Assembly: GCA_963778655.1 (NCBI GenBank) | Contig: CAVZVA010000009.1 | Location: 320,001 to 384,000, forward strand | Origin: an uncultured delta proteobacterium | GTDB taxonomy: Bacteria; Myxococcota_A; Polyangia; Polyangiales; JAFGIB01 | Direction of reading: 5' to 3' | Length of the DNA stretch: 64,000 nucleotides | Shown: positions 11,756-21,151 of the stretch, in pieces | Position numbering within the stretch: position 1 is the first letter of the stretch | Layout: every line of letters starts with the position of its first letter | Position numbers and translations under genes: made by a program | Notes under the pieces: model-generated | What the model saw: the letters and a program-made list of their open reading frames with translations, nothing else | Told to the model about the DNA's origin: nothing | Database searches by the model: none

Positions 11756-12756
11756 TGGATGTCGTACTGGATGTTCATGGGCTGGCCTCGGCGCTCGATC
11801 GCGACCGCGAGGTTGCTCGCGGTGCGCAGCCGCGAATACGCTTCGAGCGCGGTGTCCGGGCTCGACATCGCAAAGCCGTTGATGGTGCGGAGCATGTCGC
11901 CGTTCTGCAGGCCGAGCTTGCCGAGCAGGCTGTTACGGCGGATGCCGTAGAGCTTGACGCCGACGACCTGTCCGTTCTCCTCGTGGGGCACTACGCGCGC
12001 CGAGCTCATGATCTCGGCCTGATTGGAAAGGATCTTGTCGACGAAGCTGCGCGGAACGCTGAACTTGGTGTCGCTGACCGCATGGATGTTCTGATCCATC
12101 TCCGCTTCGCTGATGCCGCCCATCGCGGCGGCAGCCATCGGCGCCGCCCTGGGCACCGGTGGCCGGACCACGGGTACCGCGGCGCGTGCCTGAATCGCGG
12201 CCTTGTCCACGAACAGCACCAGCGAGCACAGCCGGCGGTCGCTCTGGCGCATGTACACCGCCTTGGGCAGGATGGTGTCGACCTCCATGTCGCCGAGCTT
12301 GCCGCCCTTGCGGTAGAGCAGTGGCGACTCGGAGCCCGAGGTCAGGGTGGCGAACGACCATTCCGGAAAGCGCTCGGAGTAGACCGCTGCGATCAGCTTG
12401 GTCGAGCCATCGCAGGGCGGTGGGAGCTGCCCCGGTGCCAGAGCTTCGGCCTCATCGGGCGCGCCATTCGGGTCCACGTCCTCCGGCGGGGCCGGCGGCG
12501 GCTTGGGCGGCCACAGCGGCCCGGTCGTGGGGTCGAACATGTTGCGCTTGAGAATCGCCTTGTAGTCCGGGAGCTCGGAGCCCGGCGGGCGCGTAGCGCC
12601 GCCCGTGCCGGTCGCCTGCGCCAGGGCCGGCCGCGGCGGAAGCAGAGCCCCGGCCAGCAGGCTGGTGGTGCCGCGGGCGAGAAACAACGCCGACAGCGCC
12701 AGCGAGACCAGCAGGATGGCTGCGGAGAGCTTCCGCCCGTGCAGGGCCAGGTTCAA
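11752..12756 (-). CDS. gspC: Type II secretion protein C with PDZ domain
   Basis: N-terminal TM, ILKRNMF, C-terminal PDZ (GVKLYGIRRNSLLGKLGLQNGDMLRTING). TTG at 12756 follows GGAGG and lies downstream of the sigma54 promoter. Confidence 0.9.
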   Translation of the reverse strand: MNLALHGRKLSAAILLVSLALSALFLARGTTSLLAGALLPPRPALAQATGTGGATRPPGSELPDYKAILKRNMFDPTTGPLWPPKPPPAPPEDVDPNGAPDEAEALAPGQLPPPCDGSTKLIAAVYSERFPEWSFATLTSGSESPLLYRKGGKLGDMEVDTILPKAVYMRQSDRRLCSLVLFVDKAAIQARAAVPVVRPPVPRAAPMAAAAMGGISEAEMDQNIHAVSDTKFSVPRSFVDKILSNQAEIMSSARVVPHEENGQVVGVKLYGIRRNSLLGKLGLQNGDMLRTINGFAMSSPDTALEAYSRLRTASNLAVAIERRGQPMNIQYDIQ

Positions 12757-12780
12757 GACACTCCTCCGGAGGGGTTGCAA

Positions 12781-12796
12781 AGCAAGAGCCGTGCCT
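12781..12796 (-). promoter_or_regulatory. Sigma54 (-24/-12) promoter of the gsp operon
   Basis: The minus strand reads AGGCACG-GCTC-TTGCT, matching TGGCACG-N4-TTGCW with GG-N10-GC spacing, 25 nt upstream of gspC. Confidence 0.85.
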
Positions 12797-12861
12797 CGGG
12801 CTCAATCACCCGAGACCACAGCGAAAACCGCGTCGATCGCAGCGCCCTGCCGATCCGTGTG

Positions 12862-12915
12862 AGACAAGCTGGCAGCGCGCGCGGCCTGTGCTCCGGCGTT
12901 TTTGCCAAAATGTCA
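12862..12915. promoter_or_regulatory. Two candidate enhancer (UAS) sites for a sigma54 activator
   Basis: AGACA-AGC-TGGCA (12862-12874) and TGCCA-AAA-TGTCA (12903-12915); centres 41 bp apart, upstream of the sigma54 promoter. Confidence 0.55.
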
Positions 12916-14262
12916 TGTCTCCTCGGCGGCGAGCTTGCGATAGATGGTGCGGGTCGCGATGCCGAGCAGCTGCGCCGCCAGCCGCTTGTCGCCGGCGGTG
13001 TGCGACAGCGTCGCGTGGATCACGCGGCGCTCGATCTCTTCGAGCCGCGTCCCTACCGGGAACGACAGCTCGCGGCCGGTCTGCTCGGCCTGCGCGATCG
13101 GTCGGGGCAGGTTGTCGGGCCCGATCGCGGGCCCTTTGCTCAGCACCACCGCCCGCTCGATGGCGTTCTCGAGCTCGCGCACGTTGCCCGGCCACTCGTA
13201 GGCCATCAGGCGGTCGAGCGCCTCGCGGGTCACGGTCAGCGCGGGCTTGTCGTTCTTGCGGCAGTAGACCTGCAGGAAGTGGTCGACCAGCAGTGGGATG
13301 TCGTCCCGCCGCTGCGACAGGGTGGGGCAAGTGATGGCGATGACGTTGAGGCGGTAGAACAGATCTTCGCGGAACCGCCCGGCCTCGACCTCGACCATCA
13401 GGTCGCGGTTGGTGGCCGCGATCAGGCGAAAGCTAGCGCGCTGGGTGGTCCCGCCCAGCGGCTCGTACTCGCCCTCCTGCAGCACGCGCAGCAGCTTGAC
13501 CTGCACCGCTACCGAGAGCTCGCCGATCTCGTCCAGGAACAGCGTGCCGCCCTCGGCCTGCGCGATGCGGCCGGCGCGCCGCGCCACCGCCCCGGTGAAG
13601 GCGCCCTTCTCGTGGCCGAACAGCTCCGACTCGACGATGGTCTCGGGCAAGGCGGCCAGGTTGACGCCTACGAACGGACCCGAGCGCCCGCTCTGCTCGT
13701 GGATGTGCCGTGCCAGCAGCTCCTTGCCGGTTCCGCTCTGGCCCAGTACCAGCACGGTCGCGGTCGAGGGCGCGGCCTGTGTCGCGACCTCCAGGATCTG
13801 CCGCAGCGCTGGCGAGGAACCCACGATGCTGCGGTTGCGCAGCGCCGACAGCTCCTTGCGCAAGGTGCGGTTCTCCGCCAGCAGCGCGTGGCGTTCGGCC
13901 GCCTTGCGCACGGTCTTGACGATCTGCAGCCGCTTGAGCGGCTTCTCCACGAAGTCGTAGGCGCCCTCGCGCATCGCCTCGACCGCTTTTTCGACCGTGC
14001 CGTATGCGGTCATCACTACTGCTTCGGCTTCGGGCGCGACGGTCTTGAGCGCGCGCAGCAGCTCGATGCCGCTCATGCCCGGCAGCATGAGATCGGTGAG
14101 CACGACGTCCACGCGGTGCTTGCGGCACAGCTCGAGCGCCTGCTGGCCGTCTTCCGCCAGCAGGGTACGAAAGCCCTCGCGGCCGAAGATGCGCTCGAGC
14201 GAGAGCAGATTGGAGCGTTCGTCCTCGACGATCAGGATGGTCGCCAGGCCTTCGCTCTGCAT
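12913..14262 (-). CDS. Sigma54-dependent response regulator (NtrC/AtoC/PilR family; REC-AAA+-Fis HTH)
   Basis: REC with DLMLP, GQSGTGKE, ESELFGHEKGAFTGA, GRFREDLFYRLNV, WPGNVRELEN, C-terminal HTH. Confidence 0.95.
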   Translation of the reverse strand: MQSEGLATILIVEDERSNLLSLERIFGREGFRTLLAEDGQQALELCRKHRVDVVLTDLMLPGMSGIELLRALKTVAPEAEAVVMTAYGTVEKAVEAMREGAYDFVEKPLKRLQIVKTVRKAAERHALLAENRTLRKELSALRNRSIVGSSPALRQILEVATQAAPSTATVLVLGQSGTGKELLARHIHEQSGRSGPFVGVNLAALPETIVESELFGHEKGAFTGAVARRAGRIAQAEGGTLFLDEIGELSVAVQVKLLRVLQEGEYEPLGGTTQRASFRLIAATNRDLMVEVEAGRFREDLFYRLNVIAITCPTLSQRRDDIPLLVDHFLQVYCRKNDKPALTVTREALDRLMAYEWPGNVRELENAIERAVVLSKGPAIGPDNLPRPIAQAEQTGRELSFPVGTRLEEIERRVIHATLSHTAGDKRLAAQLLGIATRTIYRKLAAEET

Positions 14263-14268
14263 CGCGCC

Positions 14269-14316
14269 ATTATGGCGTAAGAGGACATTTTGTCAACTCG
14301 CCGCGCAAAGCTGTCT
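14269..14316 (-). promoter_or_regulatory. Sigma70-type promoter (probably leaderless) with overlapping candidate autoregulatory sites
   Basis: TTGACA (14296-14291)-16 nt-CATAAT (14274-14269), then 6 nt to the ATG with no SD. GGACA-TTT-TGTCA (14283-14295) overlaps the -35; a weaker site lies at 14304-14316. Confidence 0.65.
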
Positions 14317-14398
14317 CGCCCTCATGCCATCTAGGCACACCTTGCCACGATGACCAGGCCCCGCCCGATCCCTCGTAGCGTCCTCGTCCCCCTGCCTC

Positions 14399-14842
14399 TC
14401 ACGGCCCCGCCACCTGCAGTACCCGAGTCGCGCTCGCGTGCACCGCCATGCAGCGCGGGCGGCAGCGGTAGGTCAGCAGATCGACCCTGAGCACGGCGGT
14501 GCCCGGGCTGCGCGCGAGGATCGGCACGGCGAAGCGCAGCCCGCCGCCGGGCTCGGGCCGCGCGTCGGTCCGCAGCAGTCGCCCGCGCACCACGCGCACC
14601 GCATCGCCCTCCGCTGCAGGCGTCAACAGCAGCGGCTGCGCCGGATCGAAATCCCCCGACACGATGACCTCGACCGTCCCGGTCATGCCGACCCGCAGCA
14701 CTCGCGCGTCGGGCGGCTCGATGCGCAGCACGGGCCCGCCGGTAGTCGCCGGGGCCGAGGCCTGCGTGGGCTCGCCGCGTGCGCCCTGTGCCGTGCCGAC
14801 CAGCCACGCCAGCGCCGCCGCGACGCGCGCTGCGCCGGCCAT
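14399..14842 (-). CDS. Hypothetical exported protein (beta-rich, CxxxC near the C-terminus)
   Basis: ATG overlaps the upstream stop (TGATG); signal-peptide-like N-terminus MAGAARVAAALAWLVGTAQG. Confidence 0.6.
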   Translation of the reverse strand: MAGAARVAAALAWLVGTAQGARGEPTQASAPATTGGPVLRIEPPDARVLRVGMTGTVEVIVSGDFDPAQPLLLTPAAEGDAVRVVRGRLLRTDARPEPGGGLRFAVPILARSPGTAVLRVDLLTYRCRPRCMAVHASATRVLQVAGP

Positions 14843-15945
14843 CAATACGCGTAGGGGATGACTTCGCATGGCTGGTGGGTGCCGTACCAGCGCATCAGCC
14901 GCGTCCTCACGCTGCCGTCCTCGGGGTACTCGATCAGCGCGTAGGTGAGGCCGCTGTCCTGGCCCAGGTACTGCAGGTTGAGGTTGATCATCTTCATCCA
15001 GGTGCCGGTGTTCACCATCAGCTTGGAGTCGCGCAGCACGCGGAAGCGGGGCGAATGGCTGTGACCGATGATCAAGGTGTGCACGCCGCGCAGCCGCTGC
15101 AGATAGCGGATGGCTGCGGCGTCGTAGCCGCCCAGCTCGAACACCTCCTCGCGTAGGACCCGCGGGATCGAGCGAAAGCGCTCGGTCCAGGCGCGCAGCG
15201 TGAAGATGCGGCGACGCAGCAGGTGAAAGCCCGCGCGCAGCAGAAAGCGCAGCGCGAAACGCGGATCGAAGAACAGCGATCCGAGCACGAACAAGCGCAG
15301 CGGCTGAATGCGGTCCACGTTGTTGCGCAGCTCTTTGGCCGGGTTGAGCACCTCCAGGATCCACAGGCTGCCGTAAGAGAGCTGCAACACCTTGCGGCCG
15401 TCGCTGCGCTCGCGCACCAGCCGGTTGTAGTCGACGCGATGGATGCGCTCGAGCTGATGGCCGTGACGGATCTGGATGCCCTCGGGCAGGTAGTAGGTGT
15501 CGCCGGTGGTGATGAAACGCACTCGGTCGGCCAGCTCGCCGGGCGCCACGTAGCGCTTGAACAGCTCCTGGGGACCGCTGAACCACATGTCGAGATCGTG
15601 GTTGCCGGGTAGGTACACCAGCCGCCTCCGTCCGGCGGAGAGAAAACGCCGCAGCGCGAGCACCAGCTTGGGATGGCCTTCCAGGCACAGGCGCAGCTTC
15701 TCGCGGGCGATTTCGTCCGTGATTTCGGTGGGCCACGTGTTGCCGATCTTGACTTTGAGCAGGTCGAAGATGTCGCCGTTGAGTATCAGCTCGATTTCCG
15801 TGTCTTCTGCGGTCTGCGCCTCGTAGAACGCCAGCAGTTGCGCGAAGCGGTCGTCTTCGAAGAAGTCCTCGAGCGAATTGAGCTTGCCGCTCTGGATGCC
15901 CGTGCCCAGGTGCAGGTCGCTCACGACGAGGCGGATCAGCTTCAT
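14842..15945 (-). CDS. Calcineurin-like metallophosphoesterase (LpxH-like)
   Basis: SDLHLG, NGDIFD, PGNHD, HGH and GHSH metal-binding motifs. Confidence 0.85.
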   Translation of the reverse strand: MKLIRLVVSDLHLGTGIQSGKLNSLEDFFEDDRFAQLLAFYEAQTAEDTEIELILNGDIFDLLKVKIGNTWPTEITDEIAREKLRLCLEGHPKLVLALRRFLSAGRRRLVYLPGNHDLDMWFSGPQELFKRYVAPGELADRVRFITTGDTYYLPEGIQIRHGHQLERIHRVDYNRLVRERSDGRKVLQLSYGSLWILEVLNPAKELRNNVDRIQPLRLFVLGSLFFDPRFALRFLLRAGFHLLRRRIFTLRAWTERFRSIPRVLREEVFELGGYDAAAIRYLQRLRGVHTLIIGHSHSPRFRVLRDSKLMVNTGTWMKMINLNLQYLGQDSGLTYALIEYPEDGSVRTRLMRWYGTHQPCEVIPYAY

Positions 15946-15992
15946 CTTGCCTGGGGTAGCCGGATGCGCTTTAGTATCGATGTCTCGGGGCG

Positions 15993-18167
15993 ATGAACGC
16001 CAGCGAGAAGCCTTTGGGGTGTGCGCCGGTGGTTGCCATCCATGGTACGGGGGGGGCCGCGACGTGGGCAAATCGCCTCCCGGCTTTCGCCGTGCTCGCC
16101 GCCGTGCTGGCCGGGTCCTCTCTGGGCGGGTGCTCCCAGAAGCACGTTGCGGTCGGCCAGCTCGGCAAGCAGCAGCCCAAGAAGACGGGCAGCGCCGCCG
16201 GCAGCTCGGGCTTTCCCGACACCGGCATCAACGCCTCCACGCTGACCGTCACCGGGGTCGAGCCGGGCAGCGGTCCGTTCGCCGGCGGCAACACGGTGCT
16301 GGTGCGCGGTAGCGGCTTCAGCGCGGACGCGTTGGTCTTCTTCGGCGATCAGATGGCGCAGCCTGCGGATACGCGGCTGCAGGACAGGAACTCGATCAGC
16401 GTGGTGGTGCCGGCCGGCCGCCCCGGCACGGTCGACGTCCGGGTCGAGGTCGGTTCCGATCAGGCCACGCGGGCGGGCGCCTATGCCTACAATCCGCTGC
16501 TGGTCGATCCGGCCAGCGGCTCGATCGCGGGCGGCACATCGCTGCTGATCACCCTCGACGGCGCCGGCTTCGATGGCTCGGTCGGCGTCACAGTCGGAGG
16601 CCAGGCCTGCACGGACCTGCGCGTGATCACGCCCAACCAGGTGCGCTGCAAGACACCGCCCGGCGCCGTGGGGTCCGCCGACGTGCTCGCTTCCTGGCCG
16701 TCCGACGCCGGCCAGCCCTCGCTGCTCGCCAAGGACGCGTTCGAATACCAGGATCTCACCGACACCGATCACGGCGGGCTCAGCGGCGGGCCGATCCAGG
16801 GCACGCTCAACGTGACGGTGGTCGACTCGATCGCGGGTCTGGTCGTTCCCAACGCCTTCGTGCTGGTCGGCGACGCGCTCGACGGCCCGTATCAGGGGAT
16901 GACCGACGCCCACGGGCAGATCACGTTCGCGGGCGATGACCTGGTCGGGCCGCTGACCGTGCACGTCGCTGCCAAGTGTATGGAGCGCGCCTCGATCGTC
17001 GCCTTCGATGCGCAGAACGTGACCGTGCACGTGACGCCGTTGCTGGATCCAGCCTGTGCGATGCCCGGCCAGCCCAGCGGCGGCGGCCGTGGCGCGGCGG
17101 GCTCGCTGATCTCCGGCGAGCTGATCTTCCCGGGAGGCAACGAGTTCGCGATCAACGCCTGGAACGTGATTCCCGAGCCGCGCGCCAACGAGGTGCGGGT
17201 GGCTTACGTGTTCACCACCCGCGTCCAGTTCGACATCCCCAACCCCAGCCCTGCGGTCGGCGGCACGATGGCGCGCATCTTGGAGCGGGGCTCTCCGACC
17301 GGCGTGCACGGCTACCCATATCGCATCTTCGCCCGGCCCGCCGGGTTGGCGGTGTATGCGATCGCCGGGCTCGAGCGCCGCGACACCGGCGCGTTCACGC
17401 CCTATCAGATGGGCGTCGCCCGCGACGTGCTGACCTCGCCCGGCAACGAGACCACCGGCGTCGACATCAACATGGATATCCCGCTGGACCGCGAGCTGCA
17501 GGTCAGCTTGGCGCGGTTGCCGCAGGGCACCGCGAACGGCCCGGACCAGTTCCGGGTGGAAGCCGATATCGATCTCGGAGGGCAGGGCGCAATCGTGCGC
17601 GAGGTCGGCAGCAACGCGCTCGACATGGTGACCAGCTTCACCAGCGCGTCCCTGCTTCGCTTTCTGGCGCAGCCCGCGCTGGTTGGCGCGCTTTCGGACG
17701 CGCGTTATTTGCTGGTTGCCGGCTGGTACACCGGCGACCAGAATGACACGACGCCGTACACCGAAGTGCGCCGCACCGGCGTCTCGCAGGGCGCTCAGCC
17801 GGTCGTCGTCGACGACTTCCTGGCAATCCCCGCGCCGGTGGCTCCGCCGCAGGGCGCGCCCATTCCCGCCGACCGCGTGCTGCACTGGCAGCTCGACGGG
17901 ACCCCGCCGGACATGTACGTGATCGAGATAACCGGCGGCGACGATTTGCCGGCCTGGACTCAGATCGTGCCTGGCTCGCTGCAATCCAGCACGATTCCCG
18001 ACTTCTCTTCGATCGATGGGCTGAGCGACATCACGCCCGGCGTCGTGCTGTGGTCGGTGCGTGCGATTCGAATCGACGATTTCGACTACAACGCGTTCAA
18101 GTACAACATGTTGTCGGCGCGCTTCTGGACCCACACCTCGATCGATACCTTTACCATGCAGCGCTGA
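15993..18167 (+). CDS. IPT/TIG-domain lipoprotein
   Basis: Lipobox LGGC; two IPT/TIG repeats (VEPGSGPFAGGNTVLVRGSGF; VDPASGSIAGGTSLLI) followed by beta-sandwich domains. The true start may be downstream. Confidence 0.75.
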   Translation: MNASEKPLGCAPVVAIHGTGGAATWANRLPAFAVLAAVLAGSSLGGCSQKHVAVGQLGKQQPKKTGSAAGSSGFPDTGINASTLTVTGVEPGSGPFAGGNTVLVRGSGFSADALVFFGDQMAQPADTRLQDRNSISVVVPAGRPGTVDVRVEVGSDQATRAGAYAYNPLLVDPASGSIAGGTSLLITLDGAGFDGSVGVTVGGQACTDLRVITPNQVRCKTPPGAVGSADVLASWPSDAGQPSLLAKDAFEYQDLTDTDHGGLSGGPIQGTLNVTVVDSIAGLVVPNAFVLVGDALDGPYQGMTDAHGQITFAGDDLVGPLTVHVAAKCMERASIVAFDAQNVTVHVTPLLDPACAMPGQPSGGGRGAAGSLISGELIFPGGNEFAINAWNVIPEPRANEVRVAYVFTTRVQFDIPNPSPAVGGTMARILERGSPTGVHGYPYRIFARPAGLAVYAIAGLERRDTGAFTPYQMGVARDVLTSPGNETTGVDINMDIPLDRELQVSLARLPQGTANGPDQFRVEADIDLGGQGAIVREVGSNALDMVTSFTSASLLRFLAQPALVGALSDARYLLVAGWYTGDQNDTTPYTEVRRTGVSQGAQPVVVDDFLAIPAPVAPPQGAPIPADRVLHWQLDGTPPDMYVIEITGGDDLPAWTQIVPGSLQSSTIPDFSSIDGLSDITPGVVLWSVRAIRIDDFDYNAFKYNMLSARFWTHTSIDTFTMQR

Positions 18168-18206
18168 CCGGCTCGCTTTCACGCCGAGCCTCCGCGCCTG
18201 TGTCCG

Positions 18207-20225
18207 ATGAGATCCTCGCCTCCAGCTCGCCTCCTGTCGCCGCTGCTGCTGTCGTTGCTCGGAGCGCTCGGCTGCGCCACGCACGGAGCCGTGATCGACT
18301 TGCCGCGGCTGCCCGACCAGCCGGACGCCGGTCCGGCCACGTTCAGCTGCAGGAAGCCGAGCGACGTGGCGTGCGCGGGCAACGTTCACCTGTCGTGCAA
18401 GGCTGAAGGTGAGTTCCTCGAAGTCCAGAGCGAGGACTGCAACGCGAGCAACCAGGTGTGCAATGTCGCGCGAGGCTGCATCAACTGCGGGCCGGGCAGC
18501 TTGCGCTGCCAGCCGTGCGAGCTCGGCGACTCGGGTTGCGACAAGAACGTGGTGCAGACCTGCGACGAGCAGGGCGAGCAGTGGGTCGACACCATGACCT
18601 GCGATCTTGCGGCCGGCGACGCGTGCTACCAGGGCGTGTGCCGGAACATGTGTCAGGTGGCCGACGACCAGCGCAGCTACGTGGGCTGCGAGTTCTTTCC
18701 GGTCGACCTCGACAATGCCGCCATCAACAACCTCAACGACGCTTCGCACCAGCAGTTCGCCGTGGCCATGGCGAACCCGCAGGCGGTCCCGGTCGACGTG
18801 CAGGTCGAGATCAACAACGCGCAATTCGGCGCGGCGTTGCAGGCTAGCTCGATCGACGCGGTGACCGTCCCGCCCGGCGCGCTCGAGGTGTTCAAGCTGC
18901 CGCGGCGCGAGGTCGACGGCTCCTCGGAGATGGGTCTCAACGACGGCACCAATACCGCGGTGAGCTCGAATGCCTTCAGGCTCAGCTCCAGCCATCCGAT
19001 CGTGGCTTACCAGTTCAACCCGCTCGAGAACGTCAACGTGTTCTCCAACGGCGCGTCGCTGTTGTTGCCGACCTCCGCGATCGGTCAGAGGTACACCATC
19101 AACGGCTGGCCTCAGACGATCGCCAACTCCGACAATCCCGATCAGGATTTCGATCCGACCACGACGAACGAGGACCTGCGGGCCTTTCTGACCGTCGTCG
19201 GCACGCGCGACAACACCGACGTCCACGTCAGCTTCGGCGACAAGGTGGTCAAGGTCGTGGGCGCGGACCCGATTCCGGAATCCGGACCGGGAGACAGCAT
19301 CGACATCAGCATCAACCGCTACGACGTCGTGAACCTCGAGACCCAGGGCTTCAACGCCGATTTCACCGGCAGCGTGGTGGAAGCCACGGAGCCGGTCACG
19401 GTCTACGTGGGCAGCGAGGCTTCCGATGTCCCGATCTTCGCGACCTACGCCACGCGGCAGTGCTGTGCTGACCACCTTGAAGCGCAGCTGATCCCCGACG
19501 CCACGCTGGGTACTTTCTACAGCGTCGCGCGTACGCCGAACCGGACCAAGGCGCTGGCTGCCGCCGCCTTTCCCAACGATCCGCTGGGTGTGTCGGTGAT
19601 CAACTACCCCGAGTGGGTGCGCGTGCTCGCGGTGGCCAAGGGCATCACCACCGTCACGACGACGTTGCCGCCGCCGGACGACAGCTTTCACCTGAGGCAG
19701 GGCGAGGACGCGATCCTGCAGGCCGACCAGGATCTGATCCTGCGAGCGGACAAGCCGGTCTCCGTGCTGCAGGCACTGCCGAGCCAGGCCGTGACCGGCA
19801 TTCCCAAGCAGTATCCCGGCGGCGATCCAGACATCTTCCCGGTGCCGCCGATCGAGCAATACCGCAAGGACTACATCTTTCTCACACCCGACAAGTATGC
19901 GTTCGACTTCGTCACCATCATGGCCGACTCGCAAGCCAAGATCTTGCTCGACGGGGCGCCGCTTCCGGACGACTGCGAGAAGGCGGCGGCCGACGGTGTC
20001 GATCGGGCGGCTGGCGACCCGCCGCCCGATCGGGTGATCTACCGCTGCCAGCTCTCGTTTCCCAAGGTGACCAGCGGCAACGATTCGCGTGTGCTGGCCG
20101 GCGACCAGCACGACGGCGTGCATACGCTGGTGGCCGACCGCGAGGTGGGCATCGTCGTCAACGGCTTCGACCGCTTCGTGAGCTACGCCTACGTCGGCGG
20201 CCTGAACCTGCAGATCATCAACTAA
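18207..20225 (+). CDS. IgGFc-binding-domain lipoprotein with Cys-rich N-terminus
   Basis: Lipobox ALGC; SYVGCEFFPVDLDN, AYQFNPL, ASLLLPT, CCADHLEAQL, GDP...PPIEQYR, SYAYVGG. Confidence 0.8.
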   Translation: MRSSPPARLLSPLLLSLLGALGCATHGAVIDLPRLPDQPDAGPATFSCRKPSDVACAGNVHLSCKAEGEFLEVQSEDCNASNQVCNVARGCINCGPGSLRCQPCELGDSGCDKNVVQTCDEQGEQWVDTMTCDLAAGDACYQGVCRNMCQVADDQRSYVGCEFFPVDLDNAAINNLNDASHQQFAVAMANPQAVPVDVQVEINNAQFGAALQASSIDAVTVPPGALEVFKLPRREVDGSSEMGLNDGTNTAVSSNAFRLSSSHPIVAYQFNPLENVNVFSNGASLLLPTSAIGQRYTINGWPQTIANSDNPDQDFDPTTTNEDLRAFLTVVGTRDNTDVHVSFGDKVVKVVGADPIPESGPGDSIDISINRYDVVNLETQGFNADFTGSVVEATEPVTVYVGSEASDVPIFATYATRQCCADHLEAQLIPDATLGTFYSVARTPNRTKALAAAAFPNDPLGVSVINYPEWVRVLAVAKGITTVTTTLPPPDDSFHLRQGEDAILQADQDLILRADKPVSVLQALPSQAVTGIPKQYPGGDPDIFPVPPIEQYRKDYIFLTPDKYAFDFVTIMADSQAKILLDGAPLPDDCEKAAADGVDRAAGDPPPDRVIYRCQLSFPKVTSGNDSRVLAGDQHDGVHTLVADREVGIVVNGFDRFVSYAYVGGLNLQIIN

Positions 20226-20260
20226 GTTTAGACCAGTGGCCGGAAGTCCCGAGTCTTGTG

Positions 20261-20293
20261 TTCTCCTCGCCTTCCCGTCTTCCTGTTGGATCC
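20261..20293. repeat. REP-like repeat, copy 1 (right arm)
   Basis: CGCCTTCCCGTCTTCCTGTTGGATCC matches the right arms at ~35035 and ~39395. Confidence 0.6.
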
Positions 20294-20340
20294 TCCGAAG
20301 CGCCATTTCTGGGCAGGGACCGGACTGGGCGCGCGAGCGC

Positions 20341-21093
20341 TCAGCTCGCTCGGCGGATCGGCTCGCCCGATGCGCCGCGGCGGATGCCGCAGGCCTCCGC
20401 CACCTCGTCGCGGTAGCGCTGCCACGCTCCCAGCGTGTCTTCCATCGCGGCGACCACCCGCGGGCGGGCCGGCGCGGGCACGAAGTCGAGCATCACGCGC
20501 CAAGCTGCGGCGCGGTGGTCGCCTTCGACCTGGCGGTGCGCCTTGGTCAGCGCAAGGTGCTCGATCGGGAGACCGTAGTGCCGCACCAGCGGGTGCTCCG
20601 AGAGGCGCGCTTGCGGTCGCTTCTGCGCGCCGCCTTCGAGTTCGCCGCGCTCGTAGCTGGTACCTTCGAGGAAGATCGTCGTCACCGCCGCGGCCGTCTC
20701 CCAGCCTTGCGCGAGCGTGTGGGCGTCCAGCACGGCCCGAAAGTCGGCGGCGCGTGGCATCAGCTGCACCCGCTCGAAGCGCGACAGATCCATCTCGAGG
20801 CCCTTGGGGTACTCCAGGAACAGCTCCGGGTGGGGCCGTCCCGCGGAGAGCCCGCCGGTCTCTTCCTCGAACATGTTCTCGACCAGCTCGCGCCGTACCT
20901 CGGCGATCGGACACTGCACGTAGGCGCGTCCGATCAGCAGCGGGAAATCACGGACGTAGGTGGCGTACTCCTGCTCGAGGTGCAGGTGAAGCAGGGACTT
21001 GGGCACCAGCCCGCGGGTGAACGCCGGCCAGGCCCAGTGCAGCTTGCATTCCATCACCTGCAGCAGAGCTTCCTGAAACGCCGCCCGATCCAT
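20341..21093 (-). CDS. TenA/PqqC/CADD-family heme-oxygenase-like diiron enzyme
   Basis: ENMFEEETG...HPELF and HRQVEGDH (HxxxExxH) ligand patterns; ~250 aa, helical. Confidence 0.75.
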   Translation of the reverse strand: MDRAAFQEALLQVMECKLHWAWPAFTRGLVPKSLLHLHLEQEYATYVRDFPLLIGRAYVQCPIAEVRRELVENMFEEETGGLSAGRPHPELFLEYPKGLEMDLSRFERVQLMPRAADFRAVLDAHTLAQGWETAAAVTTIFLEGTSYERGELEGGAQKRPQARLSEHPLVRHYGLPIEHLALTKAHRQVEGDHRAAAWRVMLDFVPAPARPRVVAAMEDTLGAWQRYRDEVAEACGIRRGASGEPIRRAS

Positions 21094-21151
21094 TCCTGCA
21101 ATTCTACGGCGCAAGCGCAAGGCGCGCCAACTCGGCGCGGCTGCCGACCAT

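Noticed and set aside
10292..14280. Long plus-strand ORFs (474 aa and 841 aa)
   Set aside because: Antisense to gspD, gspC and the sigma54 regulator, which carry the real motifs.
15942..20306. 1454-aa minus-strand ORF
   Set aside because: Antisense shadow of the two plus-strand lipoprotein genes; no motifs; expected in high-GC DNA.
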